DNA of 32,000 bases, taken from Erysipelotrichaceae bacterium (GTDB taxonomy: Bacteria; Bacillota_I; Bacilli_A; Erysipelotrichales; Erysipelotrichaceae). The position numbers were made by a program, and so were the translations under genes. The stretch lies in contig OY781039.1 of assembly GCA_963676105.1 (NCBI GenBank), positions 1,620,001 to 1,652,000 on the forward strand. The letters are read 5' to 3'. Each line of letters starts with the position of its first letter. The stretch's first letter is position 1. The notes beneath the pieces were generated by a model. The model was not told the DNA's origin, did not search any database, and was given only the letters and a program-made list of their open reading frames with translations. Positions 26,572-32,000 of the stretch are shown here, one piece after another.

Positions 26572-27336
26572 ATGATTAAATTTGAGAATGTCGTTAAGAC
26601 TTATCCAGGTGGGGTAACAGCTCTTAAAGGAGTTGATTTAACCATCGAACAAGGCGAGTTTGTCGCTATTATTGGTTTATCTGGGGCAGGGAAATCAACC
26701 TTACTTAGAACCATCAATCAGATGCATGACATTACCAGTGGCACACTGATTGTCAATGAAGTAAATGTGTCTGAATTAGCTGGTAAAGAACTTAGACGTT
26801 TTAGACGAAATATTGGAATGGTTTTCCAATCCTTTAACTTGGTTAGACGAACTTCAGTTATTAAAAATGTTTTAGCTGCTCGTGTTGCAGATATGCCTTT
26901 ATGGATGAGCTTACTTTCTCTTTATTCTAAAGAAGACAAAATTATTGCGCTTGAAGCTTTAGATCAAGTCGGTATTTTAGAAAAGGCTTATGTTCGTGCT
27001 GATCAATTATCTGGTGGACAACAACAACGTGTTGCGCTAGCTCGATGTTTAGCTCAAAAGCCAAGTATTATCTTAGCGGATGAACCTGTCGCATCCTTAG
27101 ATCCAGTTACTTCTAAACAAGTGATGGGTGATTTCTTAAAAATTAATAAAGATTTAAATATTACGGTTATTGCGAATATGCACCATGTTGATATGGCGCT
27201 TAATTATGCAGATCGTATCATTGGGATAAAAGAAGGGGTCATTGTCTATGATGGTCCATCTAAAAATGTAAACAATGATATCTTAAAACAAGTATATGGT
27301 CGTGAACTATCTAACGATGACCTAATGGAGCATTAA
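26572..27336 (+). CDS. phnC: Phosphonate-type ABC transporter ATP-binding protein
   Basis: 254 aa. Walker A GLSGAGKST, LSGGQQQRV, ILADEPVASLD, and the PhnC-like N-terminus MIKFENVVKTYPGG. Confidence 0.9.
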   Translation: MIKFENVVKTYPGGVTALKGVDLTIEQGEFVAIIGLSGAGKSTLLRTINQMHDITSGTLIVNEVNVSELAGKELRRFRRNIGMVFQSFNLVRRTSVIKNVLAARVADMPLWMSLLSLYSKEDKIIALEALDQVGILEKAYVRADQLSGGQQQRVALARCLAQKPSIILADEPVASLDPVTSKQVMGDFLKINKDLNITVIANMHHVDMALNYADRIIGIKEGVIVYDGPSKNVNNDILKQVYGRELSNDDLMEH

Positions 27337-27337
27337 G

Positions 27338-28159
27338 ATGTCATCATTATTTAACTGGTTAAAACCAAAACCAATTACACTCAGTAATGGTAAAGTAGTC
27401 ACACCTAAAATGAGTCCAGCTATTTATGTGGTCCCAATCATTTTAGTTCTAACTTACTTTAGTATTGGTTTAACACGCTTTAAACTCGATATGTTAATTA
27501 ATCGTGGTTATCAATTCTTTGTGATTGTATCGCAAATGATTCCACCGAACTTTGAATATTTTGATTCAGTGGTTGGACCATTAGTAGACACTATTTTAAT
27601 GTCAGTGGTTGGAACCTTAATTGGTACAAGTTTAGCACTACCTGCAGCTTATCTTTCATCAGAAAATATGATGAAAAACCCAGTTGTTAAATTTATCTTT
27701 AAATCCATGATGTCTGTGGTTCGTACATTCCCAATTTTAGTATTAGCTTTATTATTTAGAATTATTTTTGGGATTGGTGCTTTTGCGGGTACGATGGCGA
27801 TTATGGTCTTTACCTTTACCATTATGACCAAGATGTTTTATGAACTCATTGATACTGCAGATATGGGGCCTTTTGAAGCTTCATTATCCAGTGGATCAAC
27901 ACGTATTCAAGCCTTCTGGGTTGCGATTATGCCTCAACTATGGGGTCAATATATTTCACTTGCTTTATATAACTTTGAAATGAATATCCGTAATGCGGCT
28001 ATCCTTGGTTATGTTGGTGCGGGTGGTATTGGGATCGTACTTAATGAACGTTTAGGTTGGCGTGTTTATGAAGATGTTGGACTTATTCTTTTAGTAATGA
28101 TGATTACGGTGTATTCCATTGAAAGTACAAGTCGATATATTAGGATGAAATTATTATGA
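27338..28159 (+). CDS. phnE: Phosphonate-type ABC transporter permease
   Basis: 273 aa. Multi-TM, PhnE-like (ILGYVGAGGIG near the C-terminus). Confidence 0.85.
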   Translation: MSSLFNWLKPKPITLSNGKVVTPKMSPAIYVVPIILVLTYFSIGLTRFKLDMLINRGYQFFVIVSQMIPPNFEYFDSVVGPLVDTILMSVVGTLIGTSLALPAAYLSSENMMKNPVVKFIFKSMMSVVRTFPILVLALLFRIIFGIGAFAGTMAIMVFTFTIMTKMFYELIDTADMGPFEASLSSGSTRIQAFWVAIMPQLWGQYISLALYNFEMNIRNAAILGYVGAGGIGIVLNERLGWRVYEDVGLILLVMMITVYSIESTSRYIRMKLL

Positions 28160-28977
28160 GTCAAAATCAAGCTATTCTCGAAAAACTTAAACAAGAACCT
28201 AAATACACCGTTCAAATAGGTTTGGCAATAAGTGCTCTTATTGCGATTATTGTTGTTTCAAATATCTATATGCCTTTTAAAGGTTTAACTGAAACAGGTA
28301 TGAAGATAGCCTTTAATATATTGGGTTCTATCTTTAATCCAAATACAGATTTCTTATTTGATTTTAATAGTACAGGTGGCGTGCCTTACCTCATGTTAGA
28401 GACAATGGCGATTGCCTTTTTGGGCACGATTATTGGGGTCATTATTTCGATTCCAATTGCCTTTGTATCATCGCGTAATATTATGCCTAAGGCAGTGGCA
28501 CATTTAGGCGTTATGATGATTACGGTTATTCGTACATTCCCAGCGGTTGTTTATGGTTTAATGTTTATCCGTGTAACAGGTCCTGGTCCATTTACGGGTG
28601 TTCTTACTTTAGCGGTCGCAAGTATTGGGATGGTCTCAAAACTCTTTATTGAAGTTATTGAAGATTTAGATCCAGGTATTACAGAAGCGCTAGATGCTTC
28701 TGGTTGTAATACGATACAAAAGATTCAATATGGAATTATTCCCCAATTAATGAGTAACTTTATCTCTACTGCAATCTATCGTTTTGAGATTAATATCAAA
28801 TACGCCACGATCTTAGGGATGGTTGGCGCTGGTGGTATTGGTGCTCCATTGATTTTTGCGATTAGTGCTTATCGTTGGAAAGATGCGGGTGCTTTACTCA
28901 TTGGATTAATAATTACTGTTTTAATCGTTGAGATGATTTCTACTCGTTTACGTAAGAAATTGGCAACTGGTCAATAA
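28156..28977 (+). CDS. phnE: Phosphonate-type ABC transporter permease (second copy)
   Basis: 273 aa. Paralog of the preceding gene (ILGMVGAGGIG). ATGA overlap with it. Confidence 0.85.
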   Translation: MSQNQAILEKLKQEPKYTVQIGLAISALIAIIVVSNIYMPFKGLTETGMKIAFNILGSIFNPNTDFLFDFNSTGGVPYLMLETMAIAFLGTIIGVIISIPIAFVSSRNIMPKAVAHLGVMMITVIRTFPAVVYGLMFIRVTGPGPFTGVLTLAVASIGMVSKLFIEVIEDLDPGITEALDASGCNTIQKIQYGIIPQLMSNFISTAIYRFEINIKYATILGMVGAGGIGAPLIFAISAYRWKDAGALLIGLIITVLIVEMISTRLRKKLATGQ

Positions 28978-28981
28978 AGAT

Positions 28982-29015
28982 AAAGACATATCTATTCAAA
29001 GGTATGTCTTTTTTG
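28982..29015 (+). terminator. Rho-independent terminator after phnE2
   Basis: AAAGACATA - 12-nt loop - TATGTCTTT followed by TTTG. Confidence 0.75.
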
Positions 29016-29081
29016 TATAAGAGGCTTAACATTTATCACAAAAAAACCTAGACATATGAATTTGCGTTATAATTTTTATTG

Positions 29082-29825
29082 ATGAATGTGATTAGTATCA
29101 ATAAGAAATTAAGAATCCCTCTTTATCTGCAAATTAGAAAAAGTGTTATGGATGCGATAGAAGACGGACGATTAAAAGATAATGATCCTTTACCTTATGA
29201 AGAACATGTTAGTTCCTTTTATCATGTTTCACGGCAAGTGGTCAGACAAGCGTATCAAGAACTCGAAGAAGAGGGCTTAATCAAACGCGTTAGACGCAAG
29301 GGTACTTTTGTAAGCATAAAACCACATATAGTCGCAACACGTCCAGAGATGTTTAGCTTAAAGGGTATTATTGAATCCCGTGGCTATTCATATAAACGTA
29401 AAGTATTATTGGTTGAATCAGTTTTCGTGAATAGTGATAAATTTCCAGAAGTTATGAAAGAAAACTTTGATCATATATTACACGTCAGTATGATTATCTA
29501 TGCGAATGATTATCCTTTCTTTTTTGTTGATGTCTTTATGCCGGGGCAATATAAGTTGGATATTAATTTACTTGAGAATGAAGAATTCATCATGCAAGAT
29601 TGGTTTAATAAATTCATGATGACTGTAAAAGAAGCCATTTTTTCGATTCATCCCAAAATCGCATCTAATATTGATAAGCTAAGTTTAAATTTAACAGATG
29701 AAACGATTTTAACAGAACATAGTATTCACTATATTGATAAAACTGAATCCTGTGTTGCGGTTGAAAAAATATTAGTCAACGGGAACCTTTTCTATCAGGA
29801 AGCGATGGAACAAAATGAAAAATAA
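29082..29825 (+). CDS. GntR/HutC-family transcriptional regulator (wHTH + UTRA-like effector domain), PhnF-like by position
   Basis: Canonical GntR wHTH IPLYLQIRKSVMDAIEDG...HVSRQVVRQAYQELEEEGLIKRVRRKGTFV. TATAAT (29068-29073) lies 8 nt before ATG 29082, and there is no SD. Confidence 0.85.
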   Translation: MNVISINKKLRIPLYLQIRKSVMDAIEDGRLKDNDPLPYEEHVSSFYHVSRQVVRQAYQELEEEGLIKRVRRKGTFVSIKPHIVATRPEMFSLKGIIESRGYSYKRKVLLVESVFVNSDKFPEVMKENFDHILHVSMIIYANDYPFFFVDVFMPGQYKLDINLLENEEFIMQDWFNKFMMTVKEAIFSIHPKIASNIDKLSLNLTDETILTEHSIHYIDKTESCVAVEKILVNGNLFYQEAMEQNEK

Positions 29826-30579
29826 ACAAAAAATTGATCATCGAAAAAAGTTGAGTATTGAAGATCAATTTCGAAATGGTTTGCGAAATTTCTTAGTCGC
29901 ACAAAAACATGCGCAAAATCTTTTAATACCGACGCCCGTACTAATGGCAGAACTCTTAGGCGTGGAAAATGAAGTTGCCAAGTTAGTTTACGATGAATTT
30001 ATCCAATTAAACTTAATTGAAGTTAAAGACGATTTATATTATAAAGTTGAACCCTATAGAGTTATTTACGAAAATGAGACTCAAGATGTATCCTTGACTA
30101 AGTTAGCGAAGAAAATGGGTTTAGAATCACACTTTGAAATCTTAAGTCGTGAGTGGGTTGTGCAATTTGATTTATTAGATATTGATGATTTGTATTTAAA
30201 AGGACGTTATCTAAAAGTACGACGTTTAAATTACTTTGATGATGAGAAGGAAGCTATATTGATTGCTTATATTCATGAGTCACTCATTAATGATGAAGTA
30301 TTAAAAAATATTGAAAGCAATGGGTTCGCGAACATTATGGATGCTTTGATTAAAAATAAAAAATATCATCGACGAAGAGTACTAAGTATTATAGAAGCAA
30401 GTCTTGATGTTTATGAAAACTTAGATCTAGATAAGGGTATGCCTATCATTTTTTCTCATCAAACTGTTGAAGATGAAAAGAATGCATTACTATTTTATTT
30501 AGACTTCTATACAGCTCACGAAGCCTTCTTAACCTTAGAAAAGATTGATTTAGAACCACTAAGAGCATCTATAAATTAG
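29815..30579 (+). CDS. GntR/UTRA-like protein with a degenerate DNA-binding helix (paralog of the preceding regulator)
   Basis: 254 aa with the same domain order, but the recognition-helix region reads GVENEVAKLVYDEF instead of GVSR.TVR. It overlaps the upstream gene by 11 nt. Confidence 0.55.
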   Translation: MKNKQKIDHRKKLSIEDQFRNGLRNFLVAQKHAQNLLIPTPVLMAELLGVENEVAKLVYDEFIQLNLIEVKDDLYYKVEPYRVIYENETQDVSLTKLAKKMGLESHFEILSREWVVQFDLLDIDDLYLKGRYLKVRRLNYFDDEKEAILIAYIHESLINDEVLKNIESNGFANIMDALIKNKKYHRRRVLSIIEASLDVYENLDLDKGMPIIFSHQTVEDEKNALLFYLDFYTAHEAFLTLEKIDLEPLRASIN

Positions 30580-30609
30580 ATGTTCTTTTTAAATATTTCT
30601 ATTTACCTA

Positions 30610-30638
30610 TTGACCTAGTAGGTTGAATTTGATACACT
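30610..30638 (+). promoter_or_regulatory. Putative promoter of the metY-like gene (TTGACC - 17 nt - TACACT)
   Basis: Read directly. About 140 nt upstream of ATG 30778. Confidence 0.5.
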
Positions 30639-30777
30639 CATGATAATCTTAGTGAAAGGAAGAGATGACATGATAAGAACAAATACTTACTTGTTAATAT
30701 TTCACCATCGTTTCCATCGAATGTGAAGCTCACATTTTTAAACTTGCTTACACACACTCGAAAGGAACTTAACTAAA
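30639..30777 (+). promoter_or_regulatory. Unclassified 5' leader with a weak terminator-like hairpin and a competing upstream pairing
   Basis: AATGTGA-AGC-TCACATT + TTT (30720-30739). TTCAC (30701-30705) can instead pair with GTGAA (30723-30727). Direct repeats: CATGATAA x2 (30639, 30669) and CCATCG x2 (30705, 30714). Confidence 0.3.
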
Positions 30778-32000
30778 ATGAGTAAAAACTATAAATTTGA
30801 AACTTTACAACTACACGTAGGACAGGAAAATCCAGATCCTGCAACGGATTCTAGAGCTGTCCCAATCTATGCGACAACTTCATATGTCTTTAAGGATTCA
30901 GCACAAGCTGCTGGTCGATTTGCCTTAACAGAAGGTGGAAACATTTATACACGATTAATGAATCCAACATCTGATGTCTTTGAAAAGAGAATTGCAGCAT
31001 TAGAGGGTGGTGTAGCGGCATTATCTACTGCATCTGGTACTTCAGCTATAAACTATGCGATTTTAAATATCGCAAAAGCAGGAGATCACATTGTATCTTC
31101 ATCAACCGTTTATGGAGGAACCTATAACTTCTTCGCTAATACCATTAAAGAATGGGGCATTGATGCGACATTTGTTGATGGCAGTGATCCATTAAACTTT
31201 GAAAAAGCAATAAAAGAAAACACAAAAGCTTTATATTTAGAATCATTAGGAAATCCTAATTCAGATATTATTGATTTAGAAGCTGTGGCAGATATTGCCC
31301 ACAAACATGGCATTCCAGTGATTGTGGATAATACCTTCGCTACACCATATCTCTTTAGACCACTAGAACATGGTGCAGATATCGTCGTTCATTCAGCGAC
31401 TAAATTCATTGGCGGACATGGTACAGTTCTTGGTGGTGTCATCATAGATGGTGGTAAATTTGACTGGACACAAAATGATAAATTCCCTGGTATTACCCAA
31501 CCTAATCCAAACTATCATGGTGTCGTTTTCTCAGAAGCTGCAGGTAATCTAGCTTACATTATTAAGATTCGTACAACCTTACTTAGAGATAATGGCGCAG
31601 CTATTTCTCCATTCAACTCTTTCTTACTTCTTCAAGGTTTAGAAACTTTATCACTACGTGTTGAAAGACATGTTGAAAATGCATTAAAGGTGGTTGACTT
31701 CTTAAAATCACATCCACAAGTGGATAAAGTTAATCACCCATCCATCGCTGATGCGAAGACCCAAGAACTTTATAAGAAGTTTTATCCAAAGGGTGCAGGT
31801 TCAATCTTTACTGTTGAACTTAAAGGAAGCGAAGAAGATGCGAAGAAATTCACCGAATCACTTGAACTCTTTTCATTACTTGCGAATGTTGCGGATGTGA
31901 AGTCTTTAGTTATCCATCCTGCATCAACGACACACTCACAATTATCAACTGAGGAATTGTTAGAGATTGGTATTAAACCAACTACAGTTCGTTTAAGTAT
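30778..32000 (+). CDS. metY: O-acetylhomoserine sulfhydrylase / aminocarboxypropyltransferase (partial; C-terminus beyond the window)
   Basis: Absent from the ORF track because it runs off the edge. My translation gives [38 protein letters not shown]... with the PLP-lysine motif [19 protein letters not shown]. Confidence 0.9.
   Translation, partial: MSKNYKFETLQLHVGQENPDPATDSRAVPIYATTSYVFKDSAQAAGRFALTEGGNIYTRLMNPTSDVFEKRIAALEGGVAALSTASGTSAINYAILNIAKAGDHIVSSSTVYGGTYNFFANTIKEWGIDATFVDGSDPLNFEKAIKENTKALYLESLGNPNSDIIDLEAVADIAHKHGIPVIVDNTFATPYLFRPLEHGADIVVHSATKFIGGHGTVLGGVIIDGGKFDWTQNDKFPGITQPNPNYHGVVFSEAAGNLAYIIKIRTTLLRDNGAAISPFNSFLLLQGLETLSLRVERHVENALKVVDFLKSHPQVDKVNHPSIADAKTQELYKKFYPKGAGSIFTVELKGSEEDAKKFTESLELFSLLANVADVKSLVIHPASTTHSQLSTEELLEIGIKPTTVRLS

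Noticed and set aside
30640-30726. 28-codon leader ORF (MIILVKGRDDMIRTNTYLLIFHHRFHRM*) whose stop lies inside the terminator-like hairpin, considered as a Met-sensing leader peptide
   Set aside because: Its ATG begins only 1 nt after the predicted -10 hexamer, so it is probably upstream of the transcription start. It has no SD, and Met and Cys codons are not enriched.
19341-31313. ORFs 19341..19715(-), 22127..22309(-), 25454..25696(-), 27649..27831(-), 31122..31313(-)
   Set aside because: They are antisense to the MFS gene, the lemA/DUF2207 junction, phnD, phnE and metY respectively. They have no SD and no motifs, so I treat them as spurious.

Overview
AT-rich (about one-third G+C by eye) chromosomal segment from a low-GC Gram-positive or Mollicutes-related (Acholeplasma/Erysipelotrichia-like) bacterium. 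It uses the standard code: several ORFs end in TGA and Trp is TGG. There are no rRNA, tRNA or tmRNA genes, CRISPR arrays, or mobile elements. Layout from left to right:
(1) 1-9860, accessory-looking locus. An aldehyde dehydrogenase (cut by the window edge) is translationally coupled to an acetolactate-synthase-like TPP enzyme. A D-2-hydroxyacid dehydrogenase is divergent from them. Next comes an OpuA/ProVW-type betaine ABC importer (CBS-domain ATPase plus permease), then three separately transcribed paralogous ProX/OpuAC-like lipoprotein binding proteins.
(2) 10096-16247, housekeeping block: pgk-tpiA-eno and secG-rnr-smpB.
(3) 16306-19788: a UPF0303/heme-degrading-domain protein, a Gfo/Idh/MocA oxidoreductase, an RpiR regulator, and an MFS transporter behind a MerR-style promoter.
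(4) 19808-22691, minus strand: a lemA-DUF2207-DUF4870 membrane operon of unknown function.
(5) 22817-30579: a phosphonate-type ABC system (phnD-phnC-phnE-phnE) with an extra orphan PhnD-like lipoprotein, an antisense cytoplasmic metallophosphoesterase/5'-nucleotidase, and a tandem pair of GntR/HutC-like regulators.
(6) 30778 to the window end: an O-acetylhomoserine sulfhydrylase (partial) behind an unclassified leader.
The most interesting signal is in (1). The TPP/ALDH operon and the three binding-protein genes share the promoter signature AAATTGG + 18-nt spacer, seen nowhere else in the window. All four transporter transcription units also carry a conserved inverted repeat starting about 10 nt after the -10 box. 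This suggests a single regulon linking uptake of a cationic, betaine-like solute to a 2-hydroxyacid to 2-oxoacid to aldehyde to acid conversion route that I cannot match to a described pathway. All family assignments come from motif recognition by eye. No database search or folding calculation was run.
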